Shown here piece by piece: positions 36,425 to 47,082 of a stretch of 64,000 nucleotides of DNA. Position 1 is the stretch's first letter, and each line of letters begins with the position of its first letter. The DNA comes from Blastocatellia bacterium (GTDB lineage: Bacteria > Acidobacteriota > Blastocatellia > UBA7656), in assembly GCA_035293105.1 (NCBI GenBank), contig DATDOV010000066.1, positions 97,967 to 161,966 on the forward strand, given 5' to 3'. The position numbers were made by a program, and so were the translations under genes. The notes below the pieces were generated by a model. It had not been told where the DNA came from, made no database searches, and saw nothing but the letters and a program-made list of their open reading frames with translations.

Positions 36425-36541
36425 GATGGCGATCTGGTGTTCAATCCTCATTTCCTTTGACCTCTGCGCGCATCGTCTTTATAATGCCGCCCGTTTCTCT
36501 CGGTTAGTGAAACGCCCGCACAGCAAGTCGATCAAAACACG

Positions 36542-37855
36542 ATGGCCGCGGAAGCGAAACCTACACTCTTCTCCTGGACCAGTGAAGTGAGCCGGTACCA
36601 ATGGCTCGTGCTTCTGGTCGCGTGGCTCGGGTGGGTCTTCGACAGCATGGACGGGACGCTGTTTTCTCTCGTGCAGAAACCGTCGATGACCGAGTTGATG
36701 GGGCCAGGCACGACGGACGCGGCCATCGGTTTCTACAGCAGCGTCGTGTTCTCGGTGATGCTGCTCGGCTGGGCGGCGGGCGGAATCTCTTTCGGAATAA
36801 TCGCCGACTACATCGGGCGAACCAAGGCGCTGGTGGCGACGATCTTGATCTATTCGCTGTTCACGGGATTGTCGGCCGCCGCTCAAAGTTGGGAGCAGTT
36901 GGCCGCGTTTCGATTCATCACCGGACTCGGGCTGGGCGGAGAATGGGCCGCCGGAGCCGCTTTGGTGGCGGAGGTGTGGCCGGAGGGGCTTCGCGCAAAG
37001 GCAGGAGCAATGCTTCAGTCGGCCGCCGCGTTCGGGTACTTCTTCGCCGCGCTGATAACCCGCGCCGTAGACGTCGCCTCGTGGCGATACGTTTATCTCG
37101 TCGGCGCGGCGCCCGCCCTCTTCGTCTTGGTCATTCGTCTCCTCGTCAAAGAGCCCGAGCGGTGGATCGAGGTCCGGGACCAGCGCAAGCGCGCGAAGGC
37201 CCAGGGACACCACGCGCCATCCGAGCTTGACGCGTTCACGCTCAAGCAACTTTTCGGCGCGAAGCTTCGCCGCGACACGCTCGTCGCATCGGCGCTTGCG
37301 TTCACGGTTCTGCTTGCGCTGTGGGGCGCGACTATGTGGATTCCGTCGGTGATTCGGGAGGCCGGCAAGCGCGAGGGGCTCGATCTTGCCGAGCAGAGCA
37401 GGTACGCGACCTACGCGGTGATGTTGCTCAACGGAGGCTCGCTGTTCGGTTATCTCGGATTCGGCCCGCTTGCAGATCGCTTCGGGCGGCGCGCCGCATT
37501 CATGTGTTTCTTCATCGGCGGCGTGATCCTGTTTCCAGTGACGTTCCTGATGACGAGCACGATCACGCAGATGTTCATCCTGATGCCGCTGGTCGGCGTG
37601 TTCACGCTCGGGATCACGAGCGGCTTTCCCATCTACCTGCCGGAGTTGTTCCCGACTCGCGTGCGGACGACGGGCGTCGGACTCTGTTACAACCTCGGCC
37701 GTATAGTGACGGCGGGCGGCGTACTGATCACGGGCACGCTGGTCGGGTTCTTCGGGTCGTACGCAAAGGCGGCGAGCGCCGTCAGCCTGATCTACGTGGT
37801 GGGTCTGTTCGTGCTGATCTTCGCGCGCGAGACGAGAGGGGAGCGCCTCGGATGA
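36542..37855 (+). CDS. MFS transporter.
   Basis: 12 TM helices. An MFS motif A-like GRxxDxxGR segment is present (ADYIGRTKA; LADRFGRR). Confidence 0.8.
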   Translation: MAAEAKPTLFSWTSEVSRYQWLVLLVAWLGWVFDSMDGTLFSLVQKPSMTELMGPGTTDAAIGFYSSVVFSVMLLGWAAGGISFGIIADYIGRTKALVATILIYSLFTGLSAAAQSWEQLAAFRFITGLGLGGEWAAGAALVAEVWPEGLRAKAGAMLQSAAAFGYFFAALITRAVDVASWRYVYLVGAAPALFVLVIRLLVKEPERWIEVRDQRKRAKAQGHHAPSELDAFTLKQLFGAKLRRDTLVASALAFTVLLALWGATMWIPSVIREAGKREGLDLAEQSRYATYAVMLLNGGSLFGYLGFGPLADRFGRRAAFMCFFIGGVILFPVTFLMTSTITQMFILMPLVGVFTLGITSGFPIYLPELFPTRVRTTGVGLCYNLGRIVTAGGVLITGTLVGFFGSYAKAASAVSLIYVVGLFVLIFARETRGERLG

Positions 37856-37921
37856 CGGCGTTCATGAACGTAAGGCCTGAGGCGCGCGGCGTCGAGTCGA
37901 GCACGATGATTCGTCAACTGC

Positions 37922-40159
37922 TCACCTTGCGCCCCCGGCGCCGGCGCCGCCCAGCTTCGAAGGCGATTCCTCCGAAATCTTGAATCGCGCGATTGCCTCG
38001 TTGAGCAAGTCCGAAAGCTGGACCAGCCCTGAAACGGTACGCGCGGTCTCGTGTGCGCCGCCCGACGATTCTATCGCGATGGCTGAGATCGTCTGCATCG
38101 CGCGCGCAAGCGCCGAGGTCACTCGAGCTTGCTCGTCCGAGGCGAGCGATATTTCTTCGATGAGCGCAGACGACTGCCCTACGGCTTCCGATATGTCCGA
38201 ATAGGCTTGCTGAGCCTGCCGCGCGAGCAGGTTGCCTTCCTCGACTTCTTTCGCGCCTGCGTCCATTGCCGAGATGGCTTCCTCGGTCTCGGTCTGAATC
38301 GCGCTGATTAGTGCGGCTATGTCTCGCGCGGCGCGGTTCGACCTGTCGGCGAGCTTGCGGATTTCTTCGGCGACGACCCCGAATCCCGCTCCCGCGTCGC
38401 CGGCGTGCGCGGCTTCGATCGCCGCGTTGAGCGAGAGCAGATTAGTCTGCGCGGCGATCTCGGTGATCAACCCTATGATCTCGGATATCTCGCGGCTGCG
38501 TCTCTCGAGCGCGGTCATCTTGCCGGCAGTCTGCTGGACGGCCTCGTTGATCTTCGTCATCGCTTGCGACGTCGCATGCACGGAAGCGGCACCCATGCCG
38601 GCCATTTCCAGGGTCCGCCGCGCGGTTGCAGCCGTCGCTTCTGCGTTGCGAGACACCTGGGTCATTGAAGCGGCCATCTCTTCGACGGCGCTCGACGTGT
38701 TGGTGATTTCGTCCATTTGCTGCTCGGCGCCTCTTGCGATCTCCTCGGATGCGGCGAGTATCTGAGTTGCGCTCGACGAGACCGAGATGCCGAGTTCCTT
38801 GACCTGCCGGAGCATCGCCGCGAAGCCTTCGAGCATTTTGTTCACCGGCTGGATGATTCTTCCCAGCGACTCATCCGATTCGTTCGCCCGCACTGCGAGA
38901 TTCCCCGCCGACGCCTTCGACATCAGGGCTTCGAATTGGGCGAGGCTTTTCTCGAGCGCCTCCTCGGCCCGCTTCTTCGCGGTCATATCGCGGATGATCG
39001 TCAGAATCGTGTCGTGTCCGCCGTATTCGAGCACAGACGCGGTCGCCAGCAGGTTGATCGGCGTCCCGTCCTTTCTGACGTGGACCGCCTCGAAGCTCTC
39101 TCGCCTCCGGTGCTCGAGCGTCTCGCGAATGCGTTGCTGAGTGAGCGCGGCGTTTTTAGTGAGCTGGCTCATCGTAACTCCCACGAGCTCGCCCGGCTCG
39201 TAGCCGTAGACTTCGCACGCCTTCTTGTTCGCGACGACTATGCGGCCGTCGCCCGGCTCGAAGATCAGGATTGCGTCGTTGGCCGCGTCCAGAAGGTTGT
39301 GATACCTGGCTTCGGACGAGCGCAGCTCCGCCTCGATTTGCCGGCGATCCGTTTCGGACTGCACGAGCGCCGATTCAAGCGCCGCTCGCGCGTAACGGTC
39401 CGAGAACACCTGGATCCACGCCTTCTCGCCGCGAGTCGTTGCATCAACCGCCGCCACCCGAACATCAAAGATCGAGCCGCCGCCGGAGCGCGTCTTCAAC
39501 TGTGCCGTCCCCTTCCACTCACCGGTTCGGCCGAGTGCCGCGAGCGCATCGCGCGCTATTAGCGGATCGGCGAACAGCGCTGGGATGGTCTTCTCGCAGC
39601 CGAGGCGCTCGGGCTCAAAGGCGAAGACCTCGGTGAACCGTTTGTTGACGCACGCGGTCGCAATCTCGGGATGGCTGAGGCAGATGGCGTCGCCGCACTC
39701 TTCGAGCGCGTCGCCGAGCTTGCGCAGCCAGTCGGCGTTCAGGGCCTTCGACTCCTCGGCTTGAGCTCCCATAGCGTTCAGCGCCGCGGAGAGTTTTTCG
39801 ATCTCGTCGCCGGTTCGCAGCTCAAGCGCTCCGGCGTCGCCGGCTGCCTGGCGCTCGGCCGCCGCAGCAACGTCACTGATCAAGCTCGCGAGTCCGCCCA
39901 GATGAGCCAGGTAGAAGATCGTCACCACCGCCGCCGCCATTACCGACGCCCAACGCGGCAACGGCGAGATGAGGAGCAGAGCCAGCAGCGCGCCGTAGAC
40001 GAATGCGATGACGTACAGTTTGGCGCGCATGCTCGCGAAGCCGATTCTCCCGAGAACCTTTAAGAGGCTAAAACGATGAAGCCGGGTGGGACGGCGGGCC
40101 TCATCTGCCGTGTGCCGGGGCGAAACCATTGAGCACCTCCTCACGCGCCGGCGAGCCAC
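37922..40159 (-). CDS. Methyl-accepting chemotaxis protein with PAS domain(s), HAMP and a C-terminal MCP signalling domain.
   Basis: Highly conserved MCP signalling region ([31 protein letters not shown]). PAS-like regions with DGTPI and VRKDG blocks. Two TM helices. The likely true start is at about 40030 ([10 protein letters not shown]). Confidence 0.8.
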   Translation of the reverse strand: MARRRVRRCSMVSPRHTADEARRPTRLHRFSLLKVLGRIGFASMRAKLYVIAFVYGALLALLLISPLPRWASVMAAAVVTIFYLAHLGGLASLISDVAAAAERQAAGDAGALELRTGDEIEKLSAALNAMGAQAEESKALNADWLRKLGDALEECGDAICLSHPEIATACVNKRFTEVFAFEPERLGCEKTIPALFADPLIARDALAALGRTGEWKGTAQLKTRSGGGSIFDVRVAAVDATTRGEKAWIQVFSDRYARAALESALVQSETDRRQIEAELRSSEARYHNLLDAANDAILIFEPGDGRIVVANKKACEVYGYEPGELVGVTMSQLTKNAALTQQRIRETLEHRRRESFEAVHVRKDGTPINLLATASVLEYGGHDTILTIIRDMTAKKRAEEALEKSLAQFEALMSKASAGNLAVRANESDESLGRIIQPVNKMLEGFAAMLRQVKELGISVSSSATQILAASEEIARGAEQQMDEITNTSSAVEEMAASMTQVSRNAEATAATARRTLEMAGMGAASVHATSQAMTKINEAVQQTAGKMTALERRSREISEIIGLITEIAAQTNLLSLNAAIEAAHAGDAGAGFGVVAEEIRKLADRSNRAARDIAALISAIQTETEEAISAMDAGAKEVEEGNLLARQAQQAYSDISEAVGQSSALIEEISLASDEQARVTSALARAMQTISAIAIESSGGAHETARTVSGLVQLSDLLNEAIARFKISEESPSKLGGAGAGGAR

Positions 40160-40429
40160 TGGCCTTTCGGCAAGTGGGGACGCTCGGGACGATTCCGGCG
40201 CCGTTCGGTCTGAACCTCAGACCTATTCCTTTTCTTGAGACGAGGGACGCTGGACGGCACTGCCGAGCGCCGTCCGGGAACTTTTCGTTGGAGAGGCGTC
40301 TCTCCCGCCGCGTATTATGCATCGGAATGCGCAGCAGCAACAGTATTTTTTTAGACCCCTCGGATCACCGGAGAGAATCCACTGTGGTTGCAGCGGTGAA
40401 ACCTCCGGCTTATGTGAAGTGATAGTTCT

Positions 40430-40465
40430 TGACATTCGCCTGTTTGGGTGTAGACTCACGGAAAT
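40430..40465 (+). promoter_or_regulatory. Candidate sigma70 promoter for the TonB-dependent receptor (TTGACA, 16-nt spacer, TAGACT), followed by a partial Fur-box-like dyad.
   Basis: Hexamers read directly. Downstream GATAGAACTCATCTCATCAT matches the 19-bp Fur consensus at about 11 of 19 positions. The 5'UTR is about 220 nt. Confidence 0.3.
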
Positions 40466-40682
40466 TTTCTTGATAGAACTCATCTCATCATAAAGAACGG
40501 CTCGGCTTCTCGGGTGAGTATGGAAGGAATCCGGCTAGGCGAACAGGTAATGGCTCAGGTGCGTCACCTGCCCCGCGCGGCACATCTCACGTGGCATCGT
40601 ACAGAACCGATTCTCGATGGTTTGTCCCTTCAAAGGGCTGTGCCCTTTGTAACTAGACTTCGTTTCGACTTAGGAGGTAAAC

Positions 40683-43600
40683 ATGAAACGTTCCCGCGTA
40701 GCTCTCAGCCTGCTGCTTACAGTCAACCTCATAATCGTCTGCGGCGTCGTGAACGCTCAGACCACGACCGCGACGCTCGAAGGCCGCGTCGTTGACAGCT
40801 CCGGCGCCGCCGTTGCCGGAGCTAATGTCACCGCCGTCAACGCGAGCACCGGCATCTCGCGCTCGGCCGTCGCGTCCGATTCCGGCGAATACCGAATTCC
40901 GCTGCTGCCGGTCGGTGACTACACCGTCACCGCCGAACACTCGGGCTTTGCAAAAGCCACAAAAAACGTCACCCTGCAAATAGGTCAGGTCGCCGCCCTA
41001 GACTTCACGATGCAAGCGGGCGGCGTCAGCGAGAAGGTCGAAGTCCAGGCCGGCGAAACAGTGATGGAACCGACTCGGACCGAAGTCAGCTCGGTCATCA
41101 GCCAGCGCCAAATAGTGAATCTGCCGGCCAACGGACGTCAGTTCATCGACTTCGTGCTGCTCGCGCCCGGCGTGACCATCGGCGACACGACTTCCGGCAG
41201 CACCGACGTCATCGTCGAGCCGGTCACCAAGATTTCTTTCGCCGGCCAGAATATCCACTACAACTTCGTCGCAATCGACGGCGCCGACAATATGTCGACC
41301 GCGTCGGGGATTCAAAAGACAACGCCCTCGCAAGGCGCCGTCCAGGAATTCCGCGTCGTCAACACGGTCTACACCGCGGAATTCGGCCGCGCCGTCGCCG
41401 GCATCGTCAACATCATCACCAAGGGCGGCACCAACGACCTGCACGGTTCGGTCTACGAGTTCTTCCGCGATGACGCACTCGACGCGCGAAGCATCCTGTC
41501 GTCGCCGGGACTCGACAAGCTCCGCCAGAACCAGTTCGGCGCGACCATAGGCGGACCGATGAAGAAGGACAGCGCATTCTACTTCATCAACTATGAGGGC
41601 CAGCGCCGCAGCGAATCGCCGTTCTACAATTCGACCGTGCTTGCAAACATCAACGCGATCAACAACGCGAAGGTCACGCGCTATGGCCTGCCGCGAGAGG
41701 ACCTCAACGTGATCCGCGAGTCGAACGCCGACAACGTTCTGGTCAAGCTCGACAACAACCTCGGCAGCCGAAACAACCTGAGCTTCCGGTACTTCTTCAA
41801 CGATGCCCGCTACACCAACGTCTCTCCGCTCAACGACGGCTTCGACCTGCCGTCGGGATTCAAGGACAACTTCCTGCGAGACCAGTCGCTGGTCGGCAAC
41901 TTGATTACGACCGCCGGCTCGTTCTCCAATGAGCTGCGCGGCCAGTACGCGCGCCGCTTCTTCGACTTCCCGACCGTGAGCACCCAGCCCCACCTCGAAG
42001 TCGCCAACACGTTCGCGATCGGAGTCAACCGCGGCAATCCCGATTTCTACAAGGAGAGCCGCTTCGAAGTCGTGGACAACGTGACTGCAACACGCGGCCG
42101 CCACACGATCAGCTTCGGCGGGAACATCAACTTCGTGCGCACCACCGAATCGTTCCCGCTCTTCTACCCGTTCGAAGCCACCTTCGCTTCGCTGCAAGAC
42201 TTGCTTGACGGAAACCCGTTCGTGATCTTCTTCCAGCGATTCCGCGCGCCCAATTTCGACGAGCCGACAATCGCCACCTCGGCCTATAACGACGCGCGAA
42301 TCCCGGACAGCGTTCGCAACCAGGCGAAGGGCGAAATGGACCACACCTACAACGGCGTGTTCATTCAGGACAAAATGCGGCTCGGCAGCCGGCTGACGGT
42401 GAACGCCGGGCTGCGTTACGAATTCGAGACCTGGCCGTCGAAGGCGCTCAACAACGACCTGAACAACTTCGATCCGCGGGTCGGCTTCGCGTTCGACGCC
42501 GGCACGAAGTGGAACGTGATCATTCGCGGCGGAGCGGGTCTCTTTCACGGCACGATTCCGTCGCCGCTCTTGTCGTGCCAGATTCCTTCATGCGGCGGGC
42601 CGAAGAAGTACCCGGGGCGCGAGGACAAACAGGACGATCTGAATTCGACGACCGGCCTGTTCGCGTTCGGGGCCGACCCCGTCACCATGCAGGCCGCGCT
42701 CGCCAACCTGATCGGGCCCGCCGTCGCGACGGGAATCTATCCGAGGTTCGCGCCCGGGCCCGGCGGCGATGCTCAAAAGGCGACGATCGTGCGGTTCGCA
42801 AAGGACCATCAGGCGCCCTACGGAATTCAGATGAGTCTGGGGCTCGAGTTTGAACCGCGTCAGGGAACCAACATCGGCGCTTCGTACCTGCGCGTCAGGG
42901 GGGTTCATCTGGGCAGTTTCTTCAACGTGAACCAGCCGGAGCCGACAGGGAGACTTCAGAGCGGCGCGCCGGATTATGCCGCGTTGCGTCCGCTGTCGTT
43001 CTGCCGGCCGTGCTTGCTCGACCGGCGGATCGCGGTGCCCGGATTCCGCAATCCGGAATTCGGGGTCTTCTTCGAGGCCGATTCGAGATGGAACTCGACT
43101 TATGACGGCTTGTTGGTCAACGCCAACCAGCGGGTGAAGAACTGGTTGAACTTCGGGATCGGCTACACGTTCTCCAAGTCGATCGACGACGGTCCCAATC
43201 CGAGCTTCGTGTTGATACCGGTCAACTCCGCGCGCATCGATGAGGAGCGGGCGCTGTCGGCCGACGACGCGCGGCACCGGTTCGTTGGCAACGCCACGTT
43301 CGCCACGTCGCCCGCCGGGAACGCGTTCACGCGCGACTTCCAGTTGAGCTTCATAGTGACGCTGGAATCGCCTCACCACTTCACCAAGTTCGCCGGCTTC
43401 GATGCGAACGGCGACGTGTTCGGGGTCAACGACCGTGTCGGACTGGATGGCAGAAACACATTCGAGGGTGATGACCTCAAGACCGTGGATATCCGGGTGT
43501 CGCGGTCGTTCAAGATCCGCGAGAACGCCCGCATCGAGTTGATCGCCGAAGCGTTCAATCTCTTCAACACGCTGAACGTGCGGTTCTTCAACACGGTGTA

Positions 43601-43760
43601 CGGGGATTCGATTTTCCATCCGGCCAACAGCTCGATCAACGATCCGCTGCTGGGCCCGATTCCGACGTTCCGCGAGGGCGCGCTCAATCCGGCTTATGGG
43701 AACCCGAGGGCGATCTTCAATCCCCGCCAGGTTCAGTTCGCCGCGCGCTTCAACTTCTGA
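40683..43760 (+). CDS. TonB-dependent receptor with an N-terminal carboxypeptidase-regulatory-like (CarboxypepD_reg) domain.
   Basis: Signal peptide, then TLEGRVVDSSGAAVAGANVTAVN ... GEYRIPLLPVGDYTVTAE (the CarboxypepD_reg fold), then a plug region and a long beta-barrel ending in an aromatic C-terminal residue (RFNF). Confidence 0.85.
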   Translation: MKRSRVALSLLLTVNLIIVCGVVNAQTTTATLEGRVVDSSGAAVAGANVTAVNASTGISRSAVASDSGEYRIPLLPVGDYTVTAEHSGFAKATKNVTLQIGQVAALDFTMQAGGVSEKVEVQAGETVMEPTRTEVSSVISQRQIVNLPANGRQFIDFVLLAPGVTIGDTTSGSTDVIVEPVTKISFAGQNIHYNFVAIDGADNMSTASGIQKTTPSQGAVQEFRVVNTVYTAEFGRAVAGIVNIITKGGTNDLHGSVYEFFRDDALDARSILSSPGLDKLRQNQFGATIGGPMKKDSAFYFINYEGQRRSESPFYNSTVLANINAINNAKVTRYGLPREDLNVIRESNADNVLVKLDNNLGSRNNLSFRYFFNDARYTNVSPLNDGFDLPSGFKDNFLRDQSLVGNLITTAGSFSNELRGQYARRFFDFPTVSTQPHLEVANTFAIGVNRGNPDFYKESRFEVVDNVTATRGRHTISFGGNINFVRTTESFPLFYPFEATFASLQDLLDGNPFVIFFQRFRAPNFDEPTIATSAYNDARIPDSVRNQAKGEMDHTYNGVFIQDKMRLGSRLTVNAGLRYEFETWPSKALNNDLNNFDPRVGFAFDAGTKWNVIIRGGAGLFHGTIPSPLLSCQIPSCGGPKKYPGREDKQDDLNSTTGLFAFGADPVTMQAALANLIGPAVATGIYPRFAPGPGGDAQKATIVRFAKDHQAPYGIQMSLGLEFEPRQGTNIGASYLRVRGVHLGSFFNVNQPEPTGRLQSGAPDYAALRPLSFCRPCLLDRRIAVPGFRNPEFGVFFEADSRWNSTYDGLLVNANQRVKNWLNFGIGYTFSKSIDDGPNPSFVLIPVNSARIDEERALSADDARHRFVGNATFATSPAGNAFTRDFQLSFIVTLESPHHFTKFAGFDANGDVFGVNDRVGLDGRNTFEGDDLKTVDIRVSRSFKIRENARIELIAEAFNLFNTLNVRFFNTVYGDSIFHPANSSINDPLLGPIPTFREGALNPAYGNPRAIFNPRQVQFAARFNF

Positions 43761-43780
43761 AGGGCTGGAGACTATAATCG

Positions 43781-43823
43781 GCGGCGCAGGCTCGTCAGGG
43801 AGCCGCGCCGCCGCTATTATTTG
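43781..43823 (+). terminator. Rho-independent terminator after the TonB-dependent receptor gene.
   Basis: GGCGGCGC ... GCGCCGCC stem followed by TATTATTT. Confidence 0.6.
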
Positions 43824-43850
43824 GCCGGTGCATTCGAGGAGACAATCATT

Positions 43851-44297
43851 ATGCCGAACGGAGCGAAGGAAAAGCTGATGGGGCCCGCCATCGGGCTGAT
43901 AGTGACCGGGGCGCTCAACGCGATGGTCGGTCTGCTGTTCACCATCTCGGGCGTAATACAACTCGGCCAGGGTCCGCGCGGTATGAGCAGCGACGCGGAA
44001 GAGGCAGGCTGGTATGCAGGCGCTGCTGCAGCGCTCGGATGCGGTGTGCTGAGCGTTCTGCTCAGCCCTCTGATCATCTATGGCGCTTCGCAGATGCTCA
44101 AGGCGAAAAACTACGGGCTGTCGAAGACGGCGGCAATTCTCGCCATCATTCCCTGCACTTCGATTTGCTGTCTCGCGGGTGTGCCGCTCGGTATATGGGC
44201 GGTCGTTACGCTCAACAAGCCTGAGGTTAAGCTTGCCTTCGAAGGTGCGCCGCCGTCCGCGCCGAACCCGAATGCCAATCCCTGGACGACCCCATGA
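43851..44297 (+). CDS. Small integral membrane protein (hypothetical).
   Basis: ATG preceded by GAGGAG. Four hydrophobic segments. Confidence 0.4.
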   Translation: MPNGAKEKLMGPAIGLIVTGALNAMVGLLFTISGVIQLGQGPRGMSSDAEEAGWYAGAAAALGCGVLSVLLSPLIIYGASQMLKAKNYGLSKTAAILAIIPCTSICCLAGVPLGIWAVVTLNKPEVKLAFEGAPPSAPNPNANPWTTP

Positions 44298-44327
44298 CGA
44301 TTAGAAAGCGCACGAAAGGCTGACAAC

Positions 44328-45383
44328 ATGAGATTCGGCATCTACTGCGAGATTCAATCGCCGCCGGGAAAATCGCATTACGACCTGACCTGGGAAATCT
44401 TCCGGCAGATCGAGCACGCCGATCAGGTCGGCTTCGATGTTTACTCCGTGATCGATCATCACTTCTTCGAGAAGTTCTCGATTTCGGCGAACCCGCTCGC
44501 GTTGTTCACCGCCGCCGCCCAGCGCACCAAACGAATTCGCTTCCGCACGGCGCTCCATACGTTGCCGCTTGAGAACCCGATGCGCCTGGCAGGTGAGATC
44601 GCCGTCGCCGACATTCTCACCAACGGCAGGCTCGAATGCGGGCTCGGCCGCGGACACGCGTGGCTGTACGATCCGACGAACGTCCAGATGGAAGAAAGCC
44701 GGCCGCGATACTACGAAGCGATCGAGATTCTGATCCGCGCGTGGACCCGCGACCGCTTCTCATTCGACGGCGAGTTCTACACTGTTCGAGACCTCTCGGT
44801 CGTGCCAAAGCCGCTCCAGAAGCCTCATCCGAGGTTGTTCACCGGCGGCACAAGCGACATCACCTACCAGATGGCAGGCGAGCGCGGCTGGGGCGTTTTC
44901 GTGCCGCCGTTGTTGCCGTACAAGGTCCTCGAAGCTCCGCTCGAGATTTACAAGAATGCGTGCGCCGACAGCGGCCACACTCCCGACATCGTTTACATCC
45001 GTCCGGTCTACCTCGGCGACGACGACGCTCAGATTCGCGAAGAGGTCGAACAAGCGCTGCTCAACTTTCTCGCCTTCAACGCGTCGCCGGTCGACTCGCT
45101 GCAAGGCGAGGACAAAAAGGTCGAGTTGCGATTGAAGGGGTACAGCTTTTACGCAAGCGGCGCGCTCGAGGCGCTGACCGAACTCTCTTACGACGAGATC
45201 GTCGGGCAGGAGATCGGCTTCATCGGCACGCCTGAAAAAGTCATCGAACAGATCAAAGGTCTTCAGGAGAAAGGCGGCATCGGCGAGCTGGCGATCGTGA
45301 GCAACTTCGGCGGCCTGGAACACTCGAAGTCGATCAAGACTCAGCAACTTTTTGCCGACCGCGTGATGCCGGCGTTTCGCTAG
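44328..45383 (+). CDS. LLM-class flavin-dependent oxidoreductase (luciferase-like monooxygenase family).
   Basis: TIM-barrel LLM signatures (HHFFEKFS ... RFRTALHTLPLENP ... ECGLGRGH). Confidence 0.8.
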   Translation: MRFGIYCEIQSPPGKSHYDLTWEIFRQIEHADQVGFDVYSVIDHHFFEKFSISANPLALFTAAAQRTKRIRFRTALHTLPLENPMRLAGEIAVADILTNGRLECGLGRGHAWLYDPTNVQMEESRPRYYEAIEILIRAWTRDRFSFDGEFYTVRDLSVVPKPLQKPHPRLFTGGTSDITYQMAGERGWGVFVPPLLPYKVLEAPLEIYKNACADSGHTPDIVYIRPVYLGDDDAQIREEVEQALLNFLAFNASPVDSLQGEDKKVELRLKGYSFYASGALEALTELSYDEIVGQEIGFIGTPEKVIEQIKGLQEKGGIGELAIVSNFGGLEHSKSIKTQQLFADRVMPAFR

Positions 45384-45421
45384 AGGGATATCCGCGAATC
45401 ACGCAAATCAAAGCGAAGCGA

Positions 45422-46582
45422 TTGCCGGCTTCGCGTCCTCCCGTCGATATGGTCACGGACGACATGGATTCCTCCCGGAGCAACGACACCGCCTCGCCGC
45501 CTCTCACGAGCGCGCGGCGACTTCTCGTCATTGGCGGGATTGTTCTTATCGCTGCTGGGATGATCTTCGGCGACGTCTTCGCTGTATTCGTTCTCCATCA
45601 GAATGCGAGCCGGGTTGGAGAACAACTGACCCTTGCGGCAGATTCGGTGGCCGCGCAAAACCCCGAAGCGGTCAAGTCGCATTTCGCAACCCTCGGCGCG
45701 TTGATGGAGAACCGGGGCACGAAGGTTGACACTCACGTTCACGCGATCGACTTCGGCTATCTCGCGTTGTTGCTCGCGCTCGTTGCGCCCTATGCCCGTT
45801 TGGAAGAGCGGCGTAAAAAGTTTTTGGCGGGGCTTTTTCTCACCGGGTCGGTCATGCTGCCGGTGTCGGTTTTCTTGATTCACTACGTCGGCCTCACCTA
45901 CAGCCCGCTTTCATCGATCGGCTGGGCGAGCATCACGGCGGACCTCGGCGGCTTGCTGGTGATCATCGCCTGCGCGGGTTTTTTGATCGGTGTGTGGCGG
46001 CATATCAGACGAGCGGAAGGAGCCACACGAGAAAATGCAGGGGCCAATACGTGCGGCGATTGGGCCGGCCGCGCGCTTCTAACCGGGGGAACGCTGCTCG
46101 TGCTTGCCGGATTCCTGCACGGGGCACATTACGCCGTGGTCGACCTCGACGAGCACGAGGCTCGCGACCGGGCGACGCTTCAAGAGATCGTCGACTCGTC
46201 GCGCAAGGCGCAGATGGCACCAGGGCGCGATATAACCGACGCACACAGGTCAATCGAGGCTTACGGGATGCTTCAAGCCGAAAAGGCGGTCAAGATCGCG
46301 GCGCACTCGCACATCATCGAGTTCGGCTTGCTCGCGATGCTGCTGGCTTTCATTCAGCACTACGTCTTTTTGAGCGAGCGATGGAAGCGGCGTCTCGTCG
46401 TTGTGATGCTGGCGGGTTCGATCATACTGCCGGTCTTCGTGCTGCTGGAGTTGAAGTGGGGCCTGATTGCGGGAGGAATCGCCGACGCGGGCGGGCTACT
46501 GGTAGTGATCTCATTGATCGGGATGCTCGCCGGCGTCGTGCGACACACGGGGAAGGCGGACGGCCAAAGGGAGGCGGCATGA
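45422..46582 (+). CDS. Integral membrane protein with two internal copies of an about 150-aa repeat domain.
   Basis: Repeats centred on DTHVHAIDFGYLALLLAL and AHSHIIEFGLLAMLLAF, each with about 4 TM helices. Confidence 0.5.
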   Translation: MPASRPPVDMVTDDMDSSRSNDTASPPLTSARRLLVIGGIVLIAAGMIFGDVFAVFVLHQNASRVGEQLTLAADSVAAQNPEAVKSHFATLGALMENRGTKVDTHVHAIDFGYLALLLALVAPYARLEERRKKFLAGLFLTGSVMLPVSVFLIHYVGLTYSPLSSIGWASITADLGGLLVIIACAGFLIGVWRHIRRAEGATRENAGANTCGDWAGRALLTGGTLLVLAGFLHGAHYAVVDLDEHEARDRATLQEIVDSSRKAQMAPGRDITDAHRSIEAYGMLQAEKAVKIAAHSHIIEFGLLAMLLAFIQHYVFLSERWKRRLVVVMLAGSIILPVFVLLELKWGLIAGGIADAGGLLVVISLIGMLAGVVRHTGKADGQREAA

Positions 46583-47082
46583 CGCGAGCGAGAAAGCTAT
46601 TACTCGCGGGCGGCCTCGCGCTCGCGGTGTGGGGTATGAGCTACGGCTTGTACTACGCACTGTTTGACGAGCACCAGACGCTCGAGCAGATCGGCGGTTC
46701 GCTTGCGGCGAGTTTTGTCAGCGCGGCCGAGGGAAAGCTGCCCGAAGCGCACGCGGCGCTCGACCGGTACGCGGCCGCCAGCTACGAGTACGTGCGCGAG
46801 GTCGATGTTCACTCGCACTGGATCGGGCTGGCGATGCTGTTGATCCTGATGGGAGTGATCTTCGATCGCGTCGCGTTCGACGAACGAAAGAGCTTCCGGC
46901 TCGCGGTGGCACTCGTGACTGGGTCGGTTGTTTTTCCGCTCGGCGTGATACTGCAAACGGCAATGCAGGGCCAGACGCCGAGGGCCATCGCCGTAGCCGG
47001 ATCAGCTTTGATCATCATTGCACTCGCGCTCATTGCGGTTGGGTTCTGGCGAAAACATATAAGTGGAGGAGAAAGAGGATGA
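46579..47082 (+). CDS. Integral membrane protein homologous to the repeat unit of the upstream gene (a third copy).
   Basis: The start overlaps the upstream stop (ATGA). DVHSHWIGLAMLLILMGVIF parallels the motifs in the upstream protein. Confidence 0.5.
   Translation: MTRARKLLLAGGLALAVWGMSYGLYYALFDEHQTLEQIGGSLAASFVSAAEGKLPEAHAALDRYAAASYEYVREVDVHSHWIGLAMLLILMGVIFDRVAFDERKSFRLAVALVTGSVVFPLGVILQTAMQGQTPRAIAVAGSALIIIALALIAVGFWRKHISGGERG

Noticed and set aside
40466-40682. Cobalamin riboswitch upstream of the TonB-dependent receptor.
   Set aside because: No B12-box (GCCACTG-like) or other riboswitch core motifs are recognisable. The carboxypeptidase-regulatory-domain TonB receptors are not typical BtuB.
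40998-43961. Two long antisense ORFs (516 and 457 aa) within the TonB-dependent receptor gene.
   Set aside because: High-GC antisense artefacts. The sense-strand protein has an unambiguous signal peptide, plug, barrel and C-terminal aromatic residue.
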